From contig NC_009664.2 of assembly GCF_000017305.1 (NCBI RefSeq), positions 1,530,001-1,562,000 of the forward strand: a stretch of 32,000 bases of DNA, read 5' to 3'. How positions within the stretch are numbered: the first letter of the stretch is position 1; every line of letters begins with the position of its first letter. This DNA comes from Kineococcus radiotolerans SRS30216 = ATCC BAA-149 (GTDB lineage Bacteria; Actinomycetota; Actinomycetes; Actinomycetales; Kineococcaceae). Position numbers and translations under genes: made by a program. The notes under the pieces are model-generated. The model was not told the DNA's origin, made no database searches, and was given only the letters and a program-made list of their open reading frames with translations. Positions 9,599 to 19,608 of this stretch are shown piece after piece.

Positions 9599-11367
9599 GC
9601 GCCCGCACCACCCTGCCCGTGGCGGACCGGGCGCACGTCCTGCGCGACGTCCGGCGGCTGCTGCGCGAGCACCGCGGCCCCGGGCTGCGGATGCTGGCCC
9701 TGCACACCGTCGCCGCCCTCGTCGGCCTGGTCGGGCCGTTCCTGCTGGGCCGCCTCGTCGACGACGTCGTGCGGGCGGTGCGCGAGGGCACCGCGCTGGC
9801 GCGGGTCAGCGACCGCATCGACACCGCCGTGGCCGTTCTCGTCGTGGCCGTCCTCGCCCAGGCCGTCCTGGCCCGCCTGGCCCGGAAGCGCTCCCTCGTG
9901 CTGGCCGAGGGGGTCTTCGCGCAGCTGCGCGAGGAGTTCCTCACCCGCGCCACCGCGCTGCCGCTGTCGGTGGTGGAGCAGGCCGGGACCGGCGACCTCG
10001 TCTCGCGCACCACCAACGACGTGGACGCGCTGAGCTACACCGTGCGCTACGGCGCCCCGGCGATCCTCGTCGCCGCCATCACCTCCGCCCTCACCGTCGT
10101 CGCCGCCGTGGTCTCCGGGCCCCTGGTGGCGCTGGCGATCCTCGCCGGCGTCCCGGGCCTGTGGATCGCGACCCGCTGGTACCTGCGCCGCGCACCGCAG
10201 GGCTACGCCGCCGAGCGCGCCGAGTGGGGCCGGATCTCCACGACCCTGGGCGAGAACGTCGAGAACGTCCGCACCGTGGAGGCCCTGGGCCTGGCCGAGC
10301 ACCGCGTCCGCCTCGTCGACGACGTCATCGGCGAGACCGTCCGGCGCGAGCGGTACACGCTGGGGCTGCGGACCGTGTGGTTCCCCACCATCGAGATGTC
10401 CTACCTGCTGCCCGTGGTCGTCGCCCTGCTGTGGGGCGGGTTCCTGGTCCGCCACGACCTGCAGACCGTCGGGCAGGTCACCACGGTCGTCCTCTACCTG
10501 CGCCAGCTCGTCGGGCCGATCAACGAGCTGCTGGCCTGGTGGGACGAGCTGCAGGTGGGGCAGGCCTCCTTCGCCCGCGTCGTGGGCCTGGCCGCCGTCG
10601 CGGCCGACCGGGTCGAGAGCGACGCCCGCCCCGTCCACGACGAAGTCGCCGCCGAGGGGGTGGGCTTCGAGTACAGCGCGGGCCGTCCCGTGCTGCACGG
10701 GGTCTCCCTCGCCCTGGAACCCGGCGAGCGCCTCGCCGTGGTCGGGCCCACCGGGGCGGGGAAGTCGACGCTGGGCCGGTTGCTGGCCGGGATCAACCCG
10801 CCCACCTCCGGGTCGGTGCGGGTCGGCGGGGCCGAGGTCACCGGGCTGCCGCTGGACGAGCTGCGCTCGCGGATCGCCCTGGTCACCCAGGAGCGGCACG
10901 TCTTCGCCGCCACCCTGCGCGACAACGTCGCCCTGGCCGCGCCGGGAGCCCCGGACGCCGCCGTCGAGGAGGCGCTGGAGGCCGTGGACGCCCTCGGCTG
11001 GGTGCGGGCGCTGCCCGGGGGGCTGGACACCCCGGTCGGGGAGAGCGGGCTGACGCTGTCGGCCGCGCAGGCCCAGCAGGTCGCGCTGGCCCGCCTGGTG
11101 CTGGCCGACCCGCACACCCTCGTCCTGGACGAGGCGACGTCGCTGCTGGACCCCAACGCCGCCCGGCACCTGGAACGCTCCCTCGCCGCGGTGCTCGAGG
11201 GCCGCACGACGGTCGCCATCGCCCACCGCCTGCACACCGCCCACGACGCCGACCGGATCGCCGTCGTGGAGGGCGGGCGGATCACCGAGCTCGGCACCCA
11301 CGACGAGCTCGTGGACGCCGGCGGCCCCTACGCCGACCTCTGGCGCAGCTGGCACGGGGAACCCTGA
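9595..11367 (+). CDS. ABC exporter permease/ATP-binding subunit (canonical Walker A/B, degenerate signature)
   Basis: GTG 9595 overlaps the upstream stop (GTGA). Walker A GPTGAGKST (10744-10770), Q-loop VTQERHVF, Walker B LVLDEATSLLD, H-loop AIAHRL. The signature motif is LSAAQ instead of LSGGQ (11056-11070). Confidence 0.9.
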   Translation: MSARTTLPVADRAHVLRDVRRLLREHRGPGLRMLALHTVAALVGLVGPFLLGRLVDDVVRAVREGTALARVSDRIDTAVAVLVVAVLAQAVLARLARKRSLVLAEGVFAQLREEFLTRATALPLSVVEQAGTGDLVSRTTNDVDALSYTVRYGAPAILVAAITSALTVVAAVVSGPLVALAILAGVPGLWIATRWYLRRAPQGYAAERAEWGRISTTLGENVENVRTVEALGLAEHRVRLVDDVIGETVRRERYTLGLRTVWFPTIEMSYLLPVVVALLWGGFLVRHDLQTVGQVTTVVLYLRQLVGPINELLAWWDELQVGQASFARVVGLAAVAADRVESDARPVHDEVAAEGVGFEYSAGRPVLHGVSLALEPGERLAVVGPTGAGKSTLGRLLAGINPPTSGSVRVGGAEVTGLPLDELRSRIALVTQERHVFAATLRDNVALAAPGAPDAAVEEALEAVDALGWVRALPGGLDTPVGESGLTLSAAQAQQVALARLVLADPHTLVLDEATSLLDPNAARHLERSLAAVLEGRTTVAIAHRLHTAHDADRIAVVEGGRITELGTHDELVDAGGPYADLWRSWHGEP

Positions 11368-11368
11368 C

Positions 11369-11442
11369 CGGCCGCGCACGGAACGGCCGCGCACGGGACG
11401 GCCGCGCACGGAACGGCCGCGCATGGAACGGCCCGCACGGGG
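11369..11442. repeat. 15-bp tandem repeat, about 4.5 copies (CGGCCGCGCACGGAA)
   Basis: Read directly: cggccgcgcacggaa / cggccgcgcacggga / cggccgcgcacggaa / cggccgcgcatggaa / cggcccgcacgggg. It starts 2 nt after the ABC stop codon. Confidence 0.9.
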
Positions 11443-11488
11443 CAGGGAGGAGGAGGACCCCGCCGTCGCGACCCCACCAGGAGCCCCC

Positions 11489-12295
11489 GTGCCCGACACC
11501 ACCGCCCGCCCCTTCGCCGTCGTCACCGGCGCCTCCACCGGCATCGGCCGGGAACTGGCCGCGCAGTTCACCGCCGGCGGGTACGACGTCCTCGTCGCCG
11601 CCGAGGACGACCGGATCCACGACGTCCCCGCCGCGCTGAGCGCGGTGAGCCCCGACGCGCGCGCCGAGGCCGTCCAGGTCGACCTCGCCGTGCCCGGCGG
11701 GGTGGAGCGGCTGTGGGCGGCGGCGACCGCGGGCGGCCGGGTCGTGGACGCGGTCGCCCTGCACGCCGGCGTCGGGGTCGGCGGGGAGTTCACCACGACC
11801 CCCCTCGCCGACGAGGAGCGGATGATCGCCCTCAACGTCGTCTCGGTGGTGCACCTGGCCAAGCTGGCCGCGACGGACATGGCCGCCCGCGGCGAGGGGC
11901 GCCTGCTCTTCACCTCCTCGCTGGCGGCGCGCGTGCCCGCGCCGTACCAGGCCGTCTACGGGGCCACCAAGGCCTTCGTCCAGTCCCTGGCCCAGTCGCT
12001 GCGGCAGGAGCTGGAGCAGCGCGGCGTCGTGGTGACCGCGTTCCTGCCCGGCCCCACCGACACCGAGTTCTTCGACCGCGCCGGGATGCAGGACACCGCG
12101 ATGGCGCAGACCTCGGCCAAGGACGACCCGGCCACGGTGGCCGAGCAGGCGTTCGCGGCGTTCCGCAAGGGGCGCGACCACGTCGTCACGGGGTCGCTGG
12201 GGACGAAGGTGCAGGGCGCGGTGGCCAACGTGCTGCCCAACGCCCCCCTGGCCAAGGGGCAGGGGAAGCTCGCCGCCCCGGGCTCCGGGGAGTAG
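11489..12295 (+). CDS. SDR-family oxidoreductase
   Basis: Cofactor motif VVTGASTGIG and catalytic YGATK (YxxxK). GTG 11489 is preceded by AGGAG (11478-11482). The ORF-track start ATG 11423 lies inside the tandem repeat and seems less likely. Confidence 0.85.
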   Translation: MPDTTARPFAVVTGASTGIGRELAAQFTAGGYDVLVAAEDDRIHDVPAALSAVSPDARAEAVQVDLAVPGGVERLWAAATAGGRVVDAVALHAGVGVGGEFTTTPLADEERMIALNVVSVVHLAKLAATDMAARGEGRLLFTSSLAARVPAPYQAVYGATKAFVQSLAQSLRQELEQRGVVVTAFLPGPTDTEFFDRAGMQDTAMAQTSAKDDPATVAEQAFAAFRKGRDHVVTGSLGTKVQGAVANVLPNAPLAKGQGKLAAPGSGE

Positions 12296-12388
12296 CCGGG
12301 CCCCTCCCGCGGTTACGCTGGAGGTACACACCCAGGGTTCCGGTGCGTCAGAGGCGGGGGGGCGCACCCACGACGCTGGAGCCTACCC

Positions 12389-13591
12389 GTGACGACCTCC
12401 CCCTCCGTCTCCCTGCGCTCGCGCTACGCGCGGCTGCCCGAGCTCGCCGGGCGCGCGTACCTGCCGACGACCGCCCTGGGACGGCTGCCCATCACGATGG
12501 TGCCGCTGGCGATCCTCGCCCTGGTCACCTCCACCAGCGGCTCGGTGGCCGTCGGCGGGTCCGCGAGCGCCGCCGCCGCCGTCGGCGAGGCGGTCGGGGT
12601 GCCCGTCGTCGGCTGGTTCGCCGACCGCCGCGGGCAGCGGGCGGTGCTGCTCGCCGTCGTCGCGCTGCACCTGGCGGCGCTGGTGGGCTTGTTCGCGGCG
12701 CTGGACGGCGCCTCCGCCGCCACCGTCCTCGCCGCCGCGGCGGCCGTGGGCCTGACCCTGCCCTCGGTCGGGGGGTTCTCCCGCGCCCGGTGGCTGCGGA
12801 TGACCACCGCCGAGGACGAGCGGTCCACGGCCTTCGCCTTCGAGGGGACCGTCGACGAGGCGGCCTTCATCCTCGGCCCGGCGCTGGTCGGGATCATCGG
12901 GGTGGCGGTCAGCCCCGCGGCGGCGCTGCTCAGCACCGCCGCCCTCACCACGGTGTTCGTCACCGCGTTCGCGCTGCACCCCAGCCACCGCGTCACCGGG
13001 GCGGTGCGCGCCGCCGGCGCCGGTCCCGTCCCCCCGCTGCCGGGGATCGTGGTCGTCCCGGTGCTGGGGATGCTCGCCATGGGGGCGGTCTTCGGCGCGA
13101 CGCAGACCGGCGTCACGGCCGCGGCCGAGGCGATCGGCTCGGCCTCGCTGGGTTCCCTGGTCTACGCCGTGTCGGCGATCGGGTCCACGGCGACGACGAT
13201 CTGCCTGGTGCTGCTGCCGGACCGCTTCGGGCTGCGCTCGCGCTGGGTGGCCTGCGCCCTCGGGCTGCTCGTCGGCGCGGGCCTGATGGCCGCGACGGCG
13301 ACCTCGCTGCTCCCGCTGACCGTCGCCGTCCTCGTGGCGGGCCTGTTCATCGGGCCGACGCTGGTGACGGTGAACACCATCGCCGCGACGCTGGTGGCCG
13401 CCGAGCGCGGGGCGCTGCTGATGGCGCTGCTGAACTCCGGCGTGGTGCTCGGCGTCGCCACCGGCGCCGCCCTCGGCGGGGCGCTGGCCGAGCACTTCGG
13501 GCCCGCGTCGGGTTTCGCGGTGGTCGGGGCGGCGGCCGCGCTGCTGCTGGCGCTCGCCCCGCTCGCGCCGGTCAGGCGTGCAGTTCCCTGA
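12389..13591 (+). CDS. MFS transporter
   Basis: About 12 hydrophobic segments. MFS motif-A-like GWFADRRGQR between TM2 and TM3. GTG start at 12389. Confidence 0.8.
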   Translation: MTTSPSVSLRSRYARLPELAGRAYLPTTALGRLPITMVPLAILALVTSTSGSVAVGGSASAAAAVGEAVGVPVVGWFADRRGQRAVLLAVVALHLAALVGLFAALDGASAATVLAAAAAVGLTLPSVGGFSRARWLRMTTAEDERSTAFAFEGTVDEAAFILGPALVGIIGVAVSPAAALLSTAALTTVFVTAFALHPSHRVTGAVRAAGAGPVPPLPGIVVVPVLGMLAMGAVFGATQTGVTAAAEAIGSASLGSLVYAVSAIGSTATTICLVLLPDRFGLRSRWVACALGLLVGAGLMAATATSLLPLTVAVLVAGLFIGPTLVTVNTIAATLVAAERGALLMALLNSGVVLGVATGAALGGALAEHFGPASGFAVVGAAAALLLALAPLAPVRRAVP

Positions 13592-14531
13592 AGTCCACCC
13601 CGGTCCACTCCACCGAGCGGGCCCACAACCAGGCGGCGTCGGCGGTGTCGTAGGCCGCGGCGTTCGCCTGGACCTGGACGGGGAAACCGCGCCACTCCTT
13701 GCGGCCGCCGGGACCGAAGTACTCCCCGCCCACCACGGCGGGGTCGGTCGCGGCCCGCAGCAGCGGCCACGCCCCCTGGGCGGGGGGCTGGCCCACGGCC
13801 CGGCTCAGCGCCGTCCCCAGCGGGGCGCCGACGCGGCCGGGCGCCAGGGGCGTGTTCTTCCACAGGTTCGTGTCCGACAAGCCCGGGTGGGCGGCGGTGG
13901 ACACGATCCCGGCGCCGACGGCGGCGGCGCGCCGCTGCAGCTCGAAGGCGAACAGCAGGTTCGAGAGCTTGGACTGCCCGTAGGCCAGCCACTTCTGGTA
14001 CGAGCGCTCGCTCTGGTAGTTCTGCCGGTTCAGCCGGCCGAACTTGTGGGCGACGCTGGCGACGCTGACGACCCGCGCTCCCCCGCCGGTCAGCAGGGCC
14101 GGCAGCAGCAGGCCGGTGAACGCGAAGTGGCCCAGGTGGTTCGTCCCGACCTGGGTCTCGAAACCGTCCACGGTGCGCCCGAACGGGGGCGCCATGACGC
14201 CGGCGTTGTTGACCAGGACGTCGATGCCGGAGCGGCGGTGCAGCACGTCCCCGGCGGCGCGGCGCACGCTGGCCAGGTCGGCGACGTCGAGGGGGATCAC
14301 CTCGACCGTCGGCTCCACCCCGGAGTCGCGCACCGCGGCGGTCAGCTCGGCCACGGCGGCGCGGCCGCGCTCGGCGTTGCGGCAGGCCAGCAGCACGTCC
14401 GCCCCGCGGCGGGCGAACTCCGTCGCGACTTGGAGGCCGAGCCCGGAGTTCGCGCCGGTGACCAGCACCGTGCGCCCCTCCTGCCGGCCCATCGCGTCGG
14501 GCGTCCAGGGGGTCGTGTCCTGCTGCGGCAC
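13572..14531 (-). CDS. SDR-family oxidoreductase (retinol-dehydrogenase-like class)
   Basis: VLVTGANSGLG, NNAG and YGQSK motifs. It is the 3' part of ORF 13572..15554; upstream of about 14531 that frame merely overlaps guaB3 out of frame. Start is GTG 14531 or ATG 14492. The 3' end overlaps the convergent MFS gene by 20 nt. Confidence 0.85.
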   Translation of the reverse strand: MPQQDTTPWTPDAMGRQEGRTVLVTGANSGLGLQVATEFARRGADVLLACRNAERGRAAVAELTAAVRDSGVEPTVEVIPLDVADLASVRRAAGDVLHRRSGIDVLVNNAGVMAPPFGRTVDGFETQVGTNHLGHFAFTGLLLPALLTGGGARVVSVASVAHKFGRLNRQNYQSERSYQKWLAYGQSKLSNLLFAFELQRRAAAVGAGIVSTAAHPGLSDTNLWKNTPLAPGRVGAPLGTALSRAVGQPPAQGAWPLLRAATDPAVVGGEYFGPGGRKEWRGFPVQVQANAAAYDTADAAWLWARSVEWTGVDFRELHA

Positions 14532-14545
14532 GCGCGGTCCGATCG

Positions 14546-15667
14546 TCAGGCGGGCTGGTACGGGGAGACGACGACCTCGATGCGCTGGAACTCCTTGAGG
14601 TCGGAGTAGCCCGTCGTGGCCATCGAGCGGCGCAGCGCGCCCATGAGGTTCGTCGTGCCGTCCGCGGCGCGGCCGGGGCCCTCGAGGATCTCGGCCAGCG
14701 GGGCGGCGGTGCCGACCCGGACGCGCTCCCCGCGGGGCAGGACGGAGTGGTGGGCCTCGGGACCCCAGTGCCAGCCGCGACCGGGCGCCTCGGTGGCGCG
14801 GGCCAGCGACGCCCCGAGCATGACGGCGTCGGCCCCGCAGGCGATCGCCTTGACGATGTCGCCGGAGGTCCCGACCCCGCCGTCGGCGATGACGTGGACG
14901 TAGCGGCCGCCGGACTCGTCCATGTAGTCCCGGCGGGCGGCCGCGACGTCGGCGACGGCGCTGGCCATCGGGGCGTGGATGCCCAGCACGGTGCGGGTGG
15001 TGTGGGCCGCTCCCCCGCCGAAGCCGACGAGGACCCCGGCGGCGCCGGTGCGCATGAGGTGCAGGGCCGCGGTGTAGCCGGCCGCCCCGCCGACGACGAC
15101 GGGGACGTCGAGCTCGTAGATGAACCGCTTGAGGTTCAGCGGTTCGCTGCGCCCGGAGACGTGCTCGGCGGACACCGTCGTGCCGCGGATGACGAACAGG
15201 TCCACGCCGGCGTCGACGACGACCTTCCAGAACTCGTTGGTCCGCTGCGGGGAGAGCGCCCCGGCGACGGTGACGCCCGCGGCGCGGACCTCCGCGAGCC
15301 GGCTGGTGATGAGCTCGGCCTTGACGGGTTCGGCGTACATCTCCTGCATGCGCGGGATCGCGACGACCGGGTCCAGGGCGGCGATCTCGGCCAGCAGCGG
15401 TTCCGGGTCCTCGTAGCGGGTCCAGAGGCCCTCGAGGTCGAGGACGCCGAGGCCCCCGAGCTTGCCCATGAGGACGGCCGTGGCCGGGGAGGCGACGGAG
15501 TCCATCGGCGCGCTCATCACGGGGATGTCGAAGTGGTACGCGTCGATCTGCCACGCCGTGGAGACGTCCTCGGGGTCCCGCGTCCGCCGGCTCGGGACGA
15601 CGGCGATGTCGTCGAAGCTGTAGGCGCGTCGCCCCCGCTTGCCGCGGCCGATCTCGATCTCCTGCAC
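14546..15667 (-). CDS. guaB3: GuaB3-type IMP dehydrogenase-related protein (no CBS pair, catalytic Cys loop altered)
   Basis: IMPDH TIM-barrel similarity throughout. The loop equivalent to GPGSICTTR reads GGGAAHTTR, and there is no CBS insertion. This is as I recall for mycobacterial GuaB3. Confidence 0.85.
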   Translation of the reverse strand: MQEIEIGRGKRGRRAYSFDDIAVVPSRRTRDPEDVSTAWQIDAYHFDIPVMSAPMDSVASPATAVLMGKLGGLGVLDLEGLWTRYEDPEPLLAEIAALDPVVAIPRMQEMYAEPVKAELITSRLAEVRAAGVTVAGALSPQRTNEFWKVVVDAGVDLFVIRGTTVSAEHVSGRSEPLNLKRFIYELDVPVVVGGAAGYTAALHLMRTGAAGVLVGFGGGAAHTTRTVLGIHAPMASAVADVAAARRDYMDESGGRYVHVIADGGVGTSGDIVKAIACGADAVMLGASLARATEAPGRGWHWGPEAHHSVLPRGERVRVGTAAPLAEILEGPGRAADGTTNLMGALRRSMATTGYSDLKEFQRIEVVVSPYQPA

Positions 15668-15687
15668 GCGGACAGGCTACCCGCTGC

Positions 15688-15716
15688 GGGCCCCGCGACC
15701 GTCCGTCGCGGGGCCC
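15688..15716 (-). other. perfect 12-bp stem / 5-nt loop hairpin between guaB and guaB3
   Basis: gggccccgcgac (15688-15699) pairs with gtcgcggggccc (15705-15716). No U-tract on either strand. Confidence 0.5.
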
Positions 15717-15735
15717 GGCAGCGCGGCGGGACCCC

Positions 15736-17283
<1,548 letters not shown>

Positions 17284-18831
17284 CTACGACCCGGCGGCGG
17301 CCCCGGGGGACGCGTCCGCGGCCGCGGAGGACTCGTCCGCGGTCCCCGGGGTCGGCTCCGGCCCCGCGCTGGGCGAGGGTTCGGGCACCGGCAGCGTCGG
17401 GGTGACCACGTCGCCCGGGTCCCCCGGCTCCGGCTGCGTCGGCGTCTCCACCGGCGTCTCCGGGGCGGGGGGGACCTCGGGCTCGCCCGGGGTCGCAGGG
17501 GGCTCCGTCGGCTCCGTCGGCTCCGCGGGCCCGGTCGTCGGCTCCGCCGGGCTCCCGGGTGCGGGGTCCGTCGGCGGCGGGACCGGGGTGTCGGTCGGCT
17601 CCGCCGGCGGGGCCGGGGTGCCGCCGGGTCCGGGGGCCGGGGACCCGGTGCCGCCCGGGGCGGCCGGGGGCGACGCGGGCGAACCCGTCGACGGCTGGCC
17701 GCCGACCGGGGCCGACGGGACGACGGGGACGGTGGTGCCCGGGCGTCCCGGGGTCGCTGCTCCCGTGGGGACGCCCGTGGGGGGCACCGGGACGACCGGG
17801 GCCGCGGGGGTCGTCGGGACCGACGGGACCGACGGGTTCGTCGTCGGGGCGGCGGTGGGCTCCTCGGCGCGGTCGGGGCGCTGCGGGACGACCCAGGTCG
17901 GGGAGGGCGACGCCGTCGGCGTCGCCGTCGCGGTGGCCGCCTTGACGACCTGGCCCAGCAGCGAGTCCGCGGGGGTGGGGGTGGGGGCGGCCGAGGGACC
18001 GTCCACCGGGCCCGCGGCGACGGGGGTGTCGGGACCGGGGTCGCGCAGCTCGGCGAGGGTGGTCGCCACGGACAGGGCGACGTCCTCGTCGACGACGTCG
18101 GACCCGTCGAGCTGCTCGGCCAGGTTCTCCACGCGGGCCAGGGCCGTGTCGCGGTCGCCGGCGCTGAACTCCTTCTGCGCCTGGGCGAGCTCGCGCTGCA
18201 CCCGCTCCTCGGGGGTCCCGCCGAAGGCGCGGAACACCGTGTCGGGGAACCAGCCGGGCAGCTGGAGGGTCGCCGAGGCGGCGACCCCGCTCTCGGCCCC
18301 GGTGATCGACCCCGCGCCGGTGGCCGCCGCCGCGGCGGTGCCGCCGAGCAGGGCGAGCGCGGCCGCGGCGGCCGCGGTGCCCCGGCCCAGGCGCAGCAGG
18401 GTGCGCCGCGAGGCCGTGAGCACGCGCGGGGGGGCCGGCGCGGTCTCGGGCGGCGCCTGGTCCAGGGCCGCCAGGTCGGGGATCTGCACGGGGCGGACGC
18501 CCGCAGTCTCGGGGTCGGCGTGCAGGGCGTAGGAGTCCAGCAGCCGGGCGACGGCGTCGCGCAGGTCGGACTCGGTGGCGTCGTGCTGGCCCAGCCGGTC
18601 CAGCAGGGCGTCGGTGGCCAGCAGGTCGGGCAGCGAGACCGCGCCGGAGCGCTCCTCGCCGGCGCGGGCCTCGCGCAGGTGCCCGTCGCGCAGGTGCCCG
18701 TCGCGCAGGTGGCCGTCGCGCAGGTGGCCGTCGCGCAGGTGCCCGTCGCGCAGGTGGCCGTCGCGCAGGTGCCCGGCGGTGGTCTCGTCCGCGTCGCGGG
18801 GCCCGGAGCCCGGGCGTTCGTCGTCGTTCAC
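17284..18831 (-). CDS. rsdA: RsdA-like anti-sigma-D factor: N-terminal (GHLRD)7 repeat, one TM, long Pro/Thr-rich extracytoplasmic tail
   Basis: GTG 18831 overlaps the sigma-gene stop (GTGA). The segment LPDLLATDALLDRLG resembles the sigma-binding N-terminus of mycobacterial RsdA as I recall it. A single Ala-rich TM (AAAAAALALLGGTAAAAA) and a C-terminal P/T/G/E-rich low-complexity region of about 250 aa. Confidence 0.65.
   Translation of the reverse strand: MNDDERPGSGPRDADETTAGHLRDGHLRDGHLRDGHLRDGHLRDGHLRDGHLREARAGEERSGAVSLPDLLATDALLDRLGQHDATESDLRDAVARLLDSYALHADPETAGVRPVQIPDLAALDQAPPETAPAPPRVLTASRRTLLRLGRGTAAAAAALALLGGTAAAAATGAGSITGAESGVAASATLQLPGWFPDTVFRAFGGTPEERVQRELAQAQKEFSAGDRDTALARVENLAEQLDGSDVVDEDVALSVATTLAELRDPGPDTPVAAGPVDGPSAAPTPTPADSLLGQVVKAATATATPTASPSPTWVVPQRPDRAEEPTAAPTTNPSVPSVPTTPAAPVVPVPPTGVPTGAATPGRPGTTVPVVPSAPVGGQPSTGSPASPPAAPGGTGSPAPGPGGTPAPPAEPTDTPVPPPTDPAPGSPAEPTTGPAEPTEPTEPPATPGEPEVPPAPETPVETPTQPEPGDPGDVVTPTLPVPEPSPSAGPEPTPGTADESSAAADASPGAAAGS
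18670..18774 (-). repeat. in-frame 15-bp x 7 tandem repeat encoding GHLRD x6 + GHLRE
   Basis: Plus-strand units are gtcgcgcaggtgScc. The only variation between the six GHLRD units is GGG/GGC, synonymous at the Gly codon. The terminal unit differs at one base more, giving D to E. Confidence 0.95.
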
Positions 18832-19412
18832 GGCGCCACCTGCAGGGAGACGTCCTCGGCGGCGGTCTTCCGCAGCTTCTGCATCGCCCGGTGCTGGGCG
18901 ACGCGCACGGCCCCGGCGGTCATGTCGAGGGCCCGGCCGGTCTCCTCGGCGGACATGCCCGCGCCCACCCGCAGCGTGATGATCTCGCGCAGCTTGGGCG
19001 GCAGGGTGTCCAGCAGCCGGCCGACGGTCTCGGCGTCGAAGGTGTCCAGGGCGAGCTGCTCGGGACCCGGTTCGGTGGTCGCGGCGTCCGGGACGGCCTC
19101 GGTCGGCACCGGGGCGCGGTAGGAGGCCCGCTGGGCGTCGGCCACCTTGTTGGCCGCGATGCGGTACACGAACGCCTCGAAGGGGCGCCCGGTGTCCTTG
19201 TAGCGAGGCAGGGCCGTCAACACGGCGATGCAGACCTCCTGTGCCGCGTCTTCGGCGGCGTGATCAGCTCCGGGCAGTCGCCCGAGCTTGGCCCGGCAGT
19301 ATCGGTGGACGAGGCGGCGCACCGCGGCCAGGAGGTCGGCGACGGCGCTCTGATCCCCCGTCAGCGCGCGCGTCGCCAGTTCCTGGAGCCCCCCGGCATC
19401 CGTCCTGTCCAT
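18828..19412 (-). CDS. sigD: ECF sigma-70 family factor (SigD-like)
   Basis: Region 2 (RLVHRYCRAKLG...PFEAFVYRIAANKVADAQR) and region 4 (REIITLRVGAGMSAEETGRALDMTAGAVRVAQHRAMQKLR). Start is uncertain: ATG 19412 gives a typical 194-aa ECF length; GTG 19604, 4 nt after the upstream stop, would add 64 aa. Confidence 0.8.
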   Translation of the reverse strand: MDRTDAGGLQELATRALTGDQSAVADLLAAVRRLVHRYCRAKLGRLPGADHAAEDAAQEVCIAVLTALPRYKDTGRPFEAFVYRIAANKVADAQRASYRAPVPTEAVPDAATTEPGPEQLALDTFDAETVGRLLDTLPPKLREIITLRVGAGMSAEETGRALDMTAGAVRVAQHRAMQKLRKTAAEDVSLQVAP

Positions 19413-19608
19413 CGGCCGGGAACGGCCCGGTGTTACACCCGGAGCGGGGCGGGTCGCCCCGTCGTGCTCGGGGCGGGCGAGCTCCCCCGCGGGGTCGCCG
19501 GGGAACTCCACGCGCGGGAGGTCGGGCACGACGGCGGCACCGACGTCACGCCGTACGGCGTCCGCGTCGGGCCGACCGCCGGCCTCGTCGCCCCCTGGGC
19601 TCACGCAC

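Noticed and set aside
11369-11442. Tandem repeats at 11369-11442 and 18670-18774, considered as CRISPR arrays
   Set aside because: The units are contiguous 15-mers with no spacers and there are no cas genes. One array is in frame inside a CDS.
9529-11913. 794-aa minus-strand ORF (also 7841..9493, 4261..6018, 2978..4393 and 11282..12367 on the minus strand)
   Set aside because: All are antisense to plus-strand genes that have canonical motifs (Walker A/B, PP2C, MocR, SDR). The compositions are dominated by G/R/P/A/D with no family signatures. Treated as GC artefacts.
19411-19436. GTAACA-N16-CGAT on the minus strand upstream of the sigma gene, resembling the SigD-type promoter consensus (GTAACG-N17-CGAT) as I recall it
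   Set aside because: The CGAT overlaps the ATG at 19412. A transcript started 6-8 nt downstream would lack any in-frame start codon before sigma region 2. The motif is short and could be chance. It is worth re-examining only if TSS data show a start here or the true start codon is elsewhere.
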